The notes under the pieces are model-generated. The model worked only from the letters and a program-made list of their open reading frames with translations, searched no databases and was not told the origin of the DNA. From IMG/VR virus record IMGVR_UViG_3300020045_007904, positions 1-35,214 of that record: a stretch of DNA of 35,214 nucleotides. One strand, 5' to 3'. The position numbers were made by a program, and so were the translations under genes. The stretch is from a virus. Lineage: Duplodnaviria > Caudoviricetes. Below, one piece after another: positions 1-9,038 of this stretch. How positions within the stretch are numbered: the stretch's first letter is position 1; every line of letters starts with the position of its first letter.

Positions 1-121
1 AAAAGATACCTCGATACAATGTCTGGAACTTGTCAGTAGTCGCTGACGTGTCGAAGTATGTTGCAAAAGCAAATGTATCTGTATCGGAAGCATTAGTTCC
101 AGCATGTCCCACTAAAGTCGA
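1..121. repeat. Terminal direct repeat, copy 1 (circularisation overlap)
   Basis: 1-121 is identical to 35094-35214 (aaaagatacc...cactaaagtcga), and an ORF reads through the junction in frame. Confidence 0.97.
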
Positions 122-763
122 CCAATTCGAATTAGCCACGTCAACCCAAACGTTCCCGTCCACACTGGTGCTTTCTGGGTCAGGGTCAGAGTAGCAAGTA
201 GTAGTTGTGTTACCAACTTTTCCTGCGACAATTTTCTCGCTTCCATGCTTTTGCAGTTTTACTGAAATAGTGTGTTCCAGCGATTGCAACAACGCCTCCT
301 TTGGGTCTTCACGTAATTTTCTTGTTTCAGTTTCACCAGTTTTCTCATTCACTTTAGTCCTTACAATGTCGCCGTTCGAATCTGTCACCGTAAATGGAGC
401 GGGAAAAAAGGAAAATCTTTCAATATCCACCTTTCCGTCTTCACCGAAGCCTATCTGTCCGTTTTTATCCCATACACGAGCGTACACTTCAATTCCTTTC
501 GGCACTGGTAAAACAGAAACAATGTCAATACCGTATTTTTCACGTTGAATAAAACCTATAGGAATTGATTTCGCAACTTCTTCTCCTTGAATCTTGTGTC
601 TTTCTGAAGAATTTTTTCCCTCAATCTTTTGGACAATCGTCTGTTCGTTGCTTCCAATGACAGGAGTATCAACGGCTCCAAGATTAGGAGAAAGTGAAAT
701 TAACATCGATAGCAATATCACTTTTGCTTCAGCTAAAATCTGTAACATGGTTGAAGTACTCAT
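1..763 (-). CDS. 5' part of a junction-spanning ~408-aa putative virion/surface protein (continues at 35093..34630)
   Basis: Manual translation from ATG 763 gives MSTSTMLQILAEAKVILLSMLISLSPNLGAVDTP...IGFGEDGKVDIERF...NWSTLVGHAG. The frame is open to base 1 and in frame with 34630..35205; 763+464=1227 nt. Hydrophobic N-terminus. Confidence 0.85.
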   Translation of the reverse strand, partial: MSTSTMLQILAEAKVILLSMLISLSPNLGAVDTPVIGSNEQTIVQKIEGKNSSERHKIQGEEVAKSIPIGFIQREKYGIDIVSVLPVPKGIEVYARVWDKNGQIGFGEDGKVDIERFSFFPAPFTVTDSNGDIVRTKVNEKTGETETRKLREDPKEALLQSLEHTISVKLQKHGSEKIVAGKVGNTTTTCYSDPDPESTSVDGNVWVDVANSNWSTLVGHAGTNASDTDTFAFATYFDTSATTDKFQTLYRGIF

Positions 764-773
764 GATTGTTGGA

Positions 774-1976
774 CTAATCTGATGTCTTGTTAACGACAGC
801 CGTCACCGTAATACGTGATACTTGTCCTTTAGTTGAGCTTGCAACGATGTTAAATCCTTCAAACGCTGTCCACGTGTTGTTTGAAACTGTTCTAGTGAAG
901 CTTCCGCTTGTACAGGTACTTGTCTCTGTACTGTTTCCAGCGTCGTCTGCAAAGTGAACAAGAGCTGTTCCTGTTGAGCTTGCGACACAGTAGAACCCTA
1001 TCAATGTGAACGGCTCAGGGTCGTTCTTTAAAAGGAACGTACTCGTAGCCGAGTTGAATTTCTTTCCGAAAGCATCCAGTGACGTCGAAGCAAGATTTAC
1101 TGCAGGCGACGAAGTTCCTGTGAGAATGTTCGTCAATCCGTTCCCTGCTACGAACTTGAACTGAGTATCTGATACAGCGATTGTTTTAGTAGTAGAGGCT
1201 TGAGTCGGTACAGCGAGTGAACCCGACACGGACATAGCGGTGGTTGAGGCGTATGTTGCCGTAAGAAGGGAAGCTGTTGACGAATAGGTCAATCCCGTAT
1301 GTCCTCCGAATGTTGCAGGGGTGGAACCAGTAGAGGTGAAGAACAACACCTGATTAGCGGTATCAGCAGTTGAGGTTGCAATATAGGATTTGAGCGAGAG
1401 TGTACCTGATGTTGTTATCGTCCCTCCGTCTAGCCCAAGTCCTGCTGTAATTGAAGTAACCGTTCCAGAACTAAACGAAGTGATACAGGTAGTAAGACAG
1501 AGGGTTGTGGCTGACAAAGCGGTTGTGGAGGCGTAAGGAACCGTTAGTCTATCGTTAGTCGCATTAAACTGAAAACCTGAATCGCTACCGAGGGTCGCGG
1601 GAGTTGACGCTGTCGAAGTCCAATAAGGAACATATCCCGAAGTCTCAGATGTTGACGTTGAAACATTTCCTGAACCTGAACTTGACGGCCAACTAGTCCG
1701 ACAATCGTTCGAAATGCAAAGTGTAGGAGAGGAAAGGGCGGTAGTTGAAGCATACGAGAAGGTAGACTTAATCTTCGTAGACGTTGCTGTTATAGCTCCC
1801 ACAGTGAAAGGAGTTAAGGTGGTGTAAATCCACGCACCAGTTGTCGTACTGATAAGACCGTACCCTGACGAAGGTGCGACAGGCACTGATACGTTAATCG
1901 CTGTAGCAATTCCCGCACCCGACAGTATCGTTATCAGAGCTACGAGAAGTGCGAATTGTAAGTTTTTCAATTTCAT
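774..1976 (-). CDS. Ser/Thr-rich tail-fibre-like or surface protein with signal peptide
   Basis: N-terminal MKLKNLQFALLVALITILSGAGIATA; three YASTTA(L/M)S repeats; LCISNDCRTSWP and LCLTTCITSF motifs; fibre-like GTVTSITAGLGLDGGTITTSGTLS segment; lies at the end of the tail module. Confidence 0.65.
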   Translation of the reverse strand: MKLKNLQFALLVALITILSGAGIATAINVSVPVAPSSGYGLISTTTGAWIYTTLTPFTVGAITATSTKIKSTFSYASTTALSSPTLCISNDCRTSWPSSSGSGNVSTSTSETSGYVPYWTSTASTPATLGSDSGFQFNATNDRLTVPYASTTALSATTLCLTTCITSFSSGTVTSITAGLGLDGGTITTSGTLSLKSYIATSTADTANQVLFFTSTGSTPATFGGHTGLTYSSTASLLTATYASTTAMSVSGSLAVPTQASTTKTIAVSDTQFKFVAGNGLTNILTGTSSPAVNLASTSLDAFGKKFNSATSTFLLKNDPEPFTLIGFYCVASSTGTALVHFADDAGNSTETSTCTSGSFTRTVSNNTWTAFEGFNIVASSTKGQVSRITVTAVVNKTSD

Positions 1977-1980
1977 ATGT

Positions 1981-2024
1981 TGTGGATAACTAGGCTTGCT
2001 TATTTACTGATAATGGTGTATTAT
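1981..2024 (+). promoter_or_regulatory. DnaA box plus sigma70-type promoter, antisense to the late operon
   Basis: TGTGGATAA(1981-1989)-6 nt-TTGCTT-17 nt-TATTAT, then ATG 7 nt later. Confidence 0.65.
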
Positions 2025-2031
2025 AATGGGT

Positions 2032-2118
2032 ATGGTATTATTTTCAGTAATTATTGGTCTTCTGGTCGTTCTTCTGCTCAGGTGGATTTTCAACCGTGGT
2101 CGTCCTCTTGGAAGATGA
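2032..2118 (+). CDS. Putative 28-aa leaderless membrane peptide
   Basis: MVLFSVIIGLLVVLLLRWIFNRGRPLGR: one hydrophobic helix and an Arg-rich tail, directly after a predicted promoter; overlaps the 3' end of 2044..2658 antisense. Confidence 0.45.
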   Translation: MVLFSVIIGLLVVLLLRWIFNRGRPLGR

Positions 2119-2658
2119 ACTCCCTTGTTTAATTAACGAAAGCACTGTTGAAAGTGCTGTATTTCCTCCTTCTTTTTGAGCTACAGCCAAGGGTTCTTTT
2201 GGCTTTTCAGAATAGAACTCTTTCGAATAATCTTGAACTTTACTTGCGTAACTCGGAACATCAAACTTAACACCGTATTTTTTATTTACTCCCGTCGAAG
2301 GTTGTCCGTTCGAAAACTTTCCAGTATAAGCGTCTTTCTCTTTTTCTCCTGCGTTCCACATTGAGGCAATCTGTCTCGAGGTGTAACCTTGATTAACCCA
2401 CTTTTTCACTTTCTCATTTACAACGTATGTCTCATTATCAGCAGTAAGTGGTGAATTTTCATCTCCCATAACTTCTTTCGCATAGAGCTTCCACGTGCTA
2501 GGTGTAAACTGATAAATTGATTTTAACTCACCAGTCTTTCCTTTTCGAGGATTATCAATGTCAGGTTTACCTCCGTTTTCTGCGTAGGCTAGAGCTTTAG
2601 TTATTGCTCGTGATATTTTTTCAGTTTCGTCCATATTAGTCCAAGATTGATTTAGCAA
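2044..2658 (-). CDS. Lytic transglycosylase/lysozyme-fold protein, probably virion-associated
   Basis: Motifs ALAYAENGG (catalytic Glu), IYQFTPSTWK and ASMWNAG; follows the ejection-type gene. Confidence 0.75.
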   Translation of the reverse strand: MLNQSWTNMDETEKISRAITKALAYAENGGKPDIDNPRKGKTGELKSIYQFTPSTWKLYAKEVMGDENSPLTADNETYVVNEKVKKWVNQGYTSRQIASMWNAGEKEKDAYTGKFSNGQPSTGVNKKYGVKFDVPSYASKVQDYSKEFYSEKPKEPLAVAQKEGGNTALSTVLSLIKQGSSSSKRTTTVENPPEQKNDQKTNNY

Positions 2659-4255
2659 ATCCGACTATTGAACCTACACCTCTCTTAGCACCCCCAATTA
2701 AACCTTGAAGAACTGGATTATCGGTATTCAAAGGTGAAGGACTATTTTCTGGAGTGGTGTTTAACGACGTATTCGGAATTGCTGTGCCTCCCTGATATCC
2801 TGTCCCCCCGCCGTATGATTTACTAGCCTGTCCTTGAAGAACTGAGAGCTGATTTACGCCCAAAGTTTTGAGAGATTCAAGGAATGAGGTCAATTGCTGA
2901 GCATTTAATTCTGAAGGGTCAAAGGTGTCATTGATTTCCCCGATTCGAGTAGGATTTATTTCACCTGTTGCCCCAAGAATCTGTGCGGTGTACTTCTTAA
3001 TATCTCCCATTAAGGCGTTTAGGATTTTAATATCAGCAGGATTTTTAAGTTGTCCGATGTACTCGTTTACCGACTTGTTAAAGAATGGATTTTCTTGAGA
3101 ATTAAGCCCTGATTTGTTCAGGAAGTCTATTGCAGTAGGAGTGATAAGGTCTAACTGTTTCAAACCAGTGTCAAGATTTACGGCCTGTTCCTGATAAAGC
3201 TGTCCTTGTTTCATATTCTGAACTGCAATCGAATTCGAAGAGGTCGGATTCCAGTTAGGGTCAAACTGCTTCATTCGTTTGATAAACTCGTTCGCCCCTA
3301 CATCACCTCCTATGATATTAGCCATTGCGTCTTGAGTAGTTGCTCCCTCCTTTATCATATTCACAGCATTATCAATCGAGTTCCCCATTACGGAACTACC
3401 TTCAGTCCCACCATATCGTAGAGCTTCAGGAGTCATCTGTGCTGTTCCTAACAAGCCTTGCTGTTTCTGTTGCTGTGCCTCAAGAAGTTGTCCAGTACCC
3501 TTTAGGGCGGCTTCTTCACCAGCACTTAACGCTGTTTGCTGTGCGGCGGCTGAACGAGCAACATTTCCCGCTAATCCCTGTGCTACAGGAGAAGTAAGTC
3601 CACTTGTAAGATATCCTATTTGAGCTCCTTCTGATTTCTGTCCTACGTCTCGAATAGCACCCCCGTATCGTTCTGCGGTGTCAGCGATACGATTTCCAAT
3701 GTCAGTGTTCCCTCTTGCCGTATCAGCACTTTCAGTAGCGAGTCCTGAATATGTTTCAGGAGGTTTTTGTTTAACAGGTTCGTCAGGTTTCGGAGGAGTA
3801 AAGTTCGGTGTTGTCGAAGCAGTACCTGTGGCGGCTTGTCCTGCTGTCTGTCCTGTCGTCTGATTGACAATCCTATTTGGGTCTGACTGAGCATAACCTG
3901 TTGAAGGTTTCGGAGAGGAGTTAATCATTCCTGAATTACTTCCTGTTTTCTCTGATGTGGTAGTTTTTGAAACTGGCGTAGCGGATTGTTTAGTGTCGTA
4001 TTTCGTAGTTATAACAGTGCCATCAGGGTTCTTGTGGGTTTGAGTCGAAATTGGTGTCGTGGGTGCTTGAGGAGCCACCGATTGAGGAGGCTTTGGAGGT
4101 GTATTGACTGCATTTCTAAAGTCCGTTATTCCCTGTCCTGCTTTATTGAGAGCATTTCCGACTGCTGTTTTAGCGTTTCCAAGACGTCCCATTATTCCTG
4201 AAAATGGATTTCTGTCTTGAGGAGTCGAACCGTTAGTTGTGAAACCTGATGACAT
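2636..4255 (-). CDS. Putative DNA ejection/internal virion protein
   Basis: 539 aa; low-complexity P/T/S N-terminus then A/G/Q-rich helical region; downstream of the nozzle and adaptor, as in podoviruses. Confidence 0.5.
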   Translation of the reverse strand: MSSGFTTNGSTPQDRNPFSGIMGRLGNAKTAVGNALNKAGQGITDFRNAVNTPPKPPQSVAPQAPTTPISTQTHKNPDGTVITTKYDTKQSATPVSKTTTSEKTGSNSGMINSSPKPSTGYAQSDPNRIVNQTTGQTAGQAATGTASTTPNFTPPKPDEPVKQKPPETYSGLATESADTARGNTDIGNRIADTAERYGGAIRDVGQKSEGAQIGYLTSGLTSPVAQGLAGNVARSAAAQQTALSAGEEAALKGTGQLLEAQQQKQQGLLGTAQMTPEALRYGGTEGSSVMGNSIDNAVNMIKEGATTQDAMANIIGGDVGANEFIKRMKQFDPNWNPTSSNSIAVQNMKQGQLYQEQAVNLDTGLKQLDLITPTAIDFLNKSGLNSQENPFFNKSVNEYIGQLKNPADIKILNALMGDIKKYTAQILGATGEINPTRIGEINDTFDPSELNAQQLTSFLESLKTLGVNQLSVLQGQASKSYGGGTGYQGGTAIPNTSLNTTPENSPSPLNTDNPVLQGLIGGAKRGVGSIVGFAKSILD

Positions 4256-4259
4256 ATTA

Positions 4260-5567
4260 TTAACCTATATTCTGCTGATAAAGATTAGGGTTACGACTCA
4301 AACCCTTTGGTGATAAATTGACGTTGATTGTTTTGCTTCCTGCATACTCCGCGAGTTGTTTCAGCTTCTCGTCATACAAACCTTGATATTCATCTTTGCT
4401 TGCTTGGTCGTTACCAAGAGCGGGAGAAGCGAAGTAGAATATCAGAGGTTTCCATATAAGCATGTCCTGAAAGTCTTCCATAAGAAGGGGCATCTGTCCA
4501 AGTGTATACGTTCCTCCTGAAACTGTGATTCCCTGATAAGGCGCAAGTAATGTGAGTGAGGTGGTGCTATCTACGGAGGCTACTTGATACCAAAGATTGT
4601 CTCCTTTTGAAGAACCGACATCAATCTTAATCCAACGGCTTTCACTTTGAGCGTTCGTTGTGAGAATCCAAGATGTTCCTGAACCTGTTACCGTCATTCC
4701 ACCGTTAGAAACGGAAACCGTTCCAGTTGTGTAGTCAGCAAGTGAAAGGTCAGGTACTCGGAACTTGTAGTTGAATGATATTATATTCCCAGTCGTTGAA
4801 GGAATCGGCCACAGATTGAACTTTCCATTGTAGATAAAGAAGTGCGAAGGAATATCTGCGTAGTATGGAAAGACGTTTAATCTATCCCATTCTTCTCGTG
4901 AGAGGATTTCAGTAGGTGTCCATTTCAGAGAACCTATCGTAAGAGTTCCAGTCTTTAACTTTGAATAGTTCGGAGGAAGATTGTACGTTTGAATACCTCC
5001 TTGTCCGATTGAGGTGGTACATACGCTGGTGTTTACATATCCTGTCACCGCTGAGTTAAGTCCACCTGTCCACGTAATAGCCGTAGAACCTGATGTATAA
5101 GTAATCGTTTTCTGTTCTCCGTCGGTGAACTGTGATAGCTTCGAAGCGGTATCATACTCCCACGCTGTCGCCAACGTAGCTGACGTAGCCCCAGACGCAA
5201 GAGAAGCCGTGAGTGCTAGCGAAGTACCAACCAACCCGTTAGACCACGTTATCGCTGTTGAGCTAACTGTGAGAGTTGCAGTACGTTGTTCACCGTCCGA
5301 AAACGTAATTACTGTCTGACATGTTGGAAATGTCCACGCTGAGGAAAGCGTTGCTGATGTATCACCGATTGCTGGTTCGGAGGTTAATGTCAGAGTTGTT
5401 CCTCCAACTGTCGCAATTGTATACGACGCTTCGTTATTGAAATACTTCTGAAGGAGATAGCGATGTTCGATGTTCGCTAATTTTCCAGCTCGAGTCAAGT
5501 TCGCGGAAGTGGTGTTACCCGATAAGTCCCCGTACTGTGTTTGAAGTTCTGTAAAAGAGATACTCAT
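4260..5567 (-). CDS. Head-tail adaptor (tail tubular protein A-like) with inserted beta-rich domains
   Basis: Adaptor-like N-terminal helices, QTYNLPPNYSKL and FNLWPIPS motifs, helical C-terminus; contains a tandemly duplicated insert. Confidence 0.65.
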   Translation of the reverse strand: MSISFTELQTQYGDLSGNTTSANLTRAGKLANIEHRYLLQKYFNNEASYTIATVGGTTLTLTSEPAIGDTSATLSSAWTFPTCQTVITFSDGEQRTATLTVSSTAITWSNGLVGTSLALTASLASGATSATLATAWEYDTASKLSQFTDGEQKTITYTSGSTAITWTGGLNSAVTGYVNTSVCTTSIGQGGIQTYNLPPNYSKLKTGTLTIGSLKWTPTEILSREEWDRLNVFPYYADIPSHFFIYNGKFNLWPIPSTTGNIISFNYKFRVPDLSLADYTTGTVSVSNGGMTVTGSGTSWILTTNAQSESRWIKIDVGSSKGDNLWYQVASVDSTTSLTLLAPYQGITVSGGTYTLGQMPLLMEDFQDMLIWKPLIFYFASPALGNDQASKDEYQGLYDEKLKQLAEYAGSKTINVNLSPKGLSRNPNLYQQNIG

Positions 5568-5568
5568 A

Positions 5569-5937
5569 TTAGAAAACTAGATACTTATAAATTAATCCCG
5601 CACTTTCTGAATCTGAAGATGTAATGGTGAAACTTCCTCCGAGTGGATTCACTACTACCGCCCAATTTCCACTTGACGGAGTCTTTGGTACAGGAATTAT
5701 AAACGACGAAGCGAGTATAGCTCTGGACGTTACCGTGTCAGTATTCCCTGACGTAAGCCAAGTACGAGTAAACACCGCTTTGTATCTTTGTGTGATGTTA
5801 GGAAAAGCAACATTAGGACTATCAGAGCCATTATGCGTGTGGAACGGACTTTGAATAACAGAGAATTGTCGGTCGTATGTGTTTTGTTGAAACACACCCT
5901 GAGCAATTTCCTTTATTTCTTCTTGTGGTGTTTTCAT
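5569..5937 (-). CDS. Small tail-associated protein with C-terminal ITSSDSESAG domain
   Basis: Start re-called at ATG 5937 (ATGA overlap with the upstream stop); PFHTHNGSDS motif; C-terminal domain paralogous to 8700..9038 and 11743..12000. Confidence 0.7.
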   Translation of the reverse strand: MKTPQEEIKEIAQGVFQQNTYDRQFSVIQSPFHTHNGSDSPNVAFPNITQRYKAVFTRTWLTSGNTDTVTSRAILASSFIIPVPKTPSSGNWAVVVNPLGGSFTITSSDSESAGLIYKYLVF

Positions 5938-8090
5938 CGTATTCGTAGTTCCTTTAAGCGAACAAAACTTGATGTCGACCCAGACTGTGAGGAAGAAAGA
6001 GTTGCTTTCACTTGTATCCACTGAGTTTTTTCGAACGTAACTGAAAAATATCCTGAAAGATTCGTTGAAGATTCTTGAACTACCGTTCCAGCACTCGTAT
6101 AAGAGTCAGTTGAGTTCAAACGATAGCTCAGAGCAACCGACTCGCTTGACGAAACCAAAGGAGCAGATAGCTTGTATTCAAGAGCATTGTAGGTTTTCTT
6201 CTTTAAGAGAGTTCCCGTGGGTATTAAATCACTTTCAATAACAGTGTTTGTCGACGGTGATGTATCGGTAAAATCTATCCCATACGTTGCCGACGTGATA
6301 CTCGAATACCAACCTGACCAGTATTGAGGTGAAATTGCGTTTTGTGACATTGACGCAAGTAACACGGTTGCAACTCCACTGTATGTTCCATAGGAGTTCT
6401 GATTTTCCATTCTCAAAGCTGTTCCGTCATTTTCGTATATGGACATATTCTGAGTCGGAATAAACGACCAAATACCGCCACAATTTCCCGACTTTGCTGA
6501 CGTCTGGTCAAGGATTGAGAAATACACTCTCCCTCGTAAGAACATTATTCCTCCCCACGTGAAGTAGGGTTCTATGTAAGAGGACGGAGTTCCCGCAATA
6601 CCAGAACAGTAGTCAGGAACGGAGATTGAAACCGAAGCTGTTGAACCGTTCGTGATGTAGATGTTCCCTTTTGCACCTGAAAAGACGTATACCATGTTGT
6701 TTACCGTCAACATGTTAACGGTGTTGTTTTCGGGAAGAGGTATCAAATCAGAAGCTGACGAATCAATCTGATTCCACGGGTAGAGAACATTTCCTTTCGT
6801 TCCAACAATGATTGTGTTTCCAAGTTCTGCGAGGCAAGTAGAAATCTCCTTAAAAGGAAGTACGAAATTCTGAGGAGTAAAAGTTATGGTTGTCTTTCCT
6901 GTGGTATTGGTCGGACAGAACGTATTAAAATACTGTGTTCCCGATGAACCAGTTTCTATGTCGATTGCTGAAGTGTTCGCCAGTGCATCAGCTTGTGTTG
7001 CATACACTTTAAATGTCCCTGCACTCAAGGAGTAGATAATATAAAATATGGGGGAGAGTCGACTATTTCCAGCCGTGTTGAGTGCGGTAGCAATAGCGTC
7101 CGTACTAAAGAAAACAGCAGGAACGGGCATTGAAGTCGTCACATTAGTCCCAATAGTTGGAAGTGAACCGCCTATTAGAACTGAAATTGTTCCTGTTATG
7201 GTCGAAGCGGTGTACGAAGCGTAAGATTGAATGTTTGGGATAGTGACGGTTGAACTGTTAAGAAGAGACGTGTTAGGAAATATACTTCCCACAAATCGTC
7301 CGTCAGTATAGTAAAGAATACCCGCTTGAGTCGTAATAGAATAGTGAGGATTTGGCGAGGTGGCTGGGCTTAAAAGAATCCCCGAAGCAAAACTGACATA
7401 GCCTGGATTTGATGTTGTCAGAATGACAGTCGGTTTACAAAAAATCTCATTACCAGCGAAGACTAAAAGCCAACCATTCAACACCGATACACTGTTTGGT
7501 ATGTTGCTCCCGTAGTAGGTGATTGAGATATCAGGAAGAAACCACTTTACTCCAGTTGAGGTTTCGTTTGAATCTAACACCCACACTAGACCGTTAGAAT
7601 CAAGAACATAGTATCTATACGCGAGTGCAGTTCCCGTTGAGTATGTTTCCGTAGCAGAGGAAATAGGTTGACCCATGTTACGGATAAGAGCAAAGTTCGC
7701 CGTTCCTGTCAGTCCAAGACTACCTACGACACTACCACGGTAAGTTGTGGAAACTTGAACTGAGTTACCGTCTTGATTTAAAACGTAGTAAGTAGTCGGT
7801 CCCGATGTGAGATTTGTAATTGTACTTGAGGTTACGGAAATCCAATTACCTGCCAGTTTAGTCAAAGAGCTTTGTAAGTGTGTAGCGTCAGAAGCTGTAA
7901 AAGTTCCTGACGTGCTTGATGAAGCAAGAGTCTGTTGAGTCCGAGCGTAAGAAATCATCACCTCACCGTTCTCAGTTGAAATGTTTCCATTCTGAATATT
8001 GGCAATTCCTTTATGAGGAGAAGCTCCGATTCCTTTCTCGAATCCTTCAATCACTATATCCCCTGTTTGTTCATCAAGTCGATAACTCAT
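5934..8090 (-). CDS. Tail nozzle/stabilisation protein (tubular protein B or P22 gp10-like)
   Basis: 718 aa, beta-strand-rich with propeller-like repeats; C-terminal TVIESDLIPTG...WIQVKATL...VRLKELRIR pattern; located in the tail module. Confidence 0.65.
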   Translation of the reverse strand: MSYRLDEQTGDIVIEGFEKGIGASPHKGIANIQNGNISTENGEVMISYARTQQTLASSSTSGTFTASDATHLQSSLTKLAGNWISVTSSTITNLTSGPTTYYVLNQDGNSVQVSTTYRGSVVGSLGLTGTANFALIRNMGQPISSATETYSTGTALAYRYYVLDSNGLVWVLDSNETSTGVKWFLPDISITYYGSNIPNSVSVLNGWLLVFAGNEIFCKPTVILTTSNPGYVSFASGILLSPATSPNPHYSITTQAGILYYTDGRFVGSIFPNTSLLNSSTVTIPNIQSYASYTASTITGTISVLIGGSLPTIGTNVTTSMPVPAVFFSTDAIATALNTAGNSRLSPIFYIIYSLSAGTFKVYATQADALANTSAIDIETGSSGTQYFNTFCPTNTTGKTTITFTPQNFVLPFKEISTCLAELGNTIIVGTKGNVLYPWNQIDSSASDLIPLPENNTVNMLTVNNMVYVFSGAKGNIYITNGSTASVSISVPDYCSGIAGTPSSYIEPYFTWGGIMFLRGRVYFSILDQTSAKSGNCGGIWSFIPTQNMSIYENDGTALRMENQNSYGTYSGVATVLLASMSQNAISPQYWSGWYSSITSATYGIDFTDTSPSTNTVIESDLIPTGTLLKKKTYNALEYKLSAPLVSSSESVALSYRLNSTDSYTSAGTVVQESSTNLSGYFSVTFEKTQWIQVKATLSSSQSGSTSSFVRLKELRIR

Positions 8091-8091
8091 T

Positions 8092-8427
8092 TTATTGTAT
8101 GCCGAAGATTGAGCTAGTAGGTGGGATTGTCATTGTTATCGTCCCTGCAAGATACGACCATTGGACAACTGAGTTGTTATCAAGAGCCTTGTACCATAAC
8201 CCATCACTAACCACGTAAGAAGGTTCTGAAGCAATTGTAAATGACGCATTTATTCCATTCACCGCACCTGTCATCGCGAGTTCCGTCACCCCACCACCAG
8301 TAATTGAGACAAGTAATCGATGTGTCGACGGATTTGCATACACCTTAACTGGTGTCGTTCCATCTGTTGAGGAAGCGGCAATCAAACTTGAAACATCATT
8401 TCCATCTTTTAGTGCTGTGTCTGCCAT
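8092..8427 (-). CDS. Small virion protein: repeated N-terminal domain A plus beta-rich C-terminus
   Basis: MADTALKDGNDVSSLIAASSTDGTTPVKVYANPSTHRLLV is nearly identical to the N-terminus of 8700..9038. Confidence 0.75.
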   Translation of the reverse strand: MADTALKDGNDVSSLIAASSTDGTTPVKVYANPSTHRLLVSITGGGVTELAMTGAVNGINASFTIASEPSYVVSDGLWYKALDNNSVVQWSYLAGTITMTIPPTSSIFGIQ

Positions 8428-8699
8428 TAGTTTGAATCTACGAGTAAGTTCCCATTAGTATCCGCATACACGACAACAGGAGTAATCCCGTCTACCGATG
8501 AAGTGGCTATCCATGTAGGAATATCGTTTTCGTCGTGTAACGCATTAGCGGGTCCGAAATCAGTTCCAGTAGTGTTATTTGATACCTTGAGCCCATGTGT
8601 CGACGGGTCAGCTTTGACTCGAATAATGTCATCTCCATTTGCTGATGAAGCACACGTTATGCTTGACACTGAGTTTTCATCTTTAAGTGCGTTTGCCAT
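8427..8699 (-). CDS. Small virion protein made of two copies of domain A
   Basis: ANALKDENSVSS...VKADPSTHGLKV and ANALHDENDIPT...VYADTNGNLLV. Confidence 0.75.
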   Translation of the reverse strand: MANALKDENSVSSITCASSANGDDIIRVKADPSTHGLKVSNNTTGTDFGPANALHDENDIPTWIATSSVDGITPVVVYADTNGNLLVDSN

Positions 8700-9038
8700 T
8701 TATGGTAGAACTTTGTAAATAAAACCCATTCCTGCGCTTTCACTGTCTGATGAAGTAATCACAAACGAACCGCTCCCTGCTACAATTTTCCAATTTCCGT
8801 TAGGTATTGAGGTGTACTGAATAAGTACCATTGACGTCGCTGAAACTGCTGAATCCGTAACGGTATTCGTGTTACCCGTAGTAGCCCACGTTGTCGGAGT
8901 AGACGCACCACCAAAGTCGACTAACAACCTATGCGTAGTAGGATTGGCGTACAGTTTGACAGGTATTGTTGCGTCAGACGACGAAGCGGCAATCAAGCTA
9001 CTTACATCGTTCTGGTCTTTTAAAGCTGTGTCAGCCAT
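8700..9038 (-). CDS. Small virion protein: domain A plus ITSSDSESAG domain B
   Basis: N-terminus MADTALKDQNDVSSLIAASS...YANPTTHRLLV; C-terminus TTWATTGNTNTVT...GNWKIV...FVITSSDSESAG. Confidence 0.75.
   Translation of the reverse strand: MADTALKDQNDVSSLIAASSSDATIPVKLYANPTTHRLLVDFGGASTPTTWATTGNTNTVTDSAVSATSMVLIQYTSIPNGNWKIVAGSGSFVITSSDSESAGMGFIYKVLP

Noticed and set aside
8092-9038. DGR template/variable repeat or shufflon behind the repeated domains
   Set aside because: No reverse transcriptase or invertase is recognisable, and the differences look like ordinary paralogue divergence rather than adenine-specific changes.
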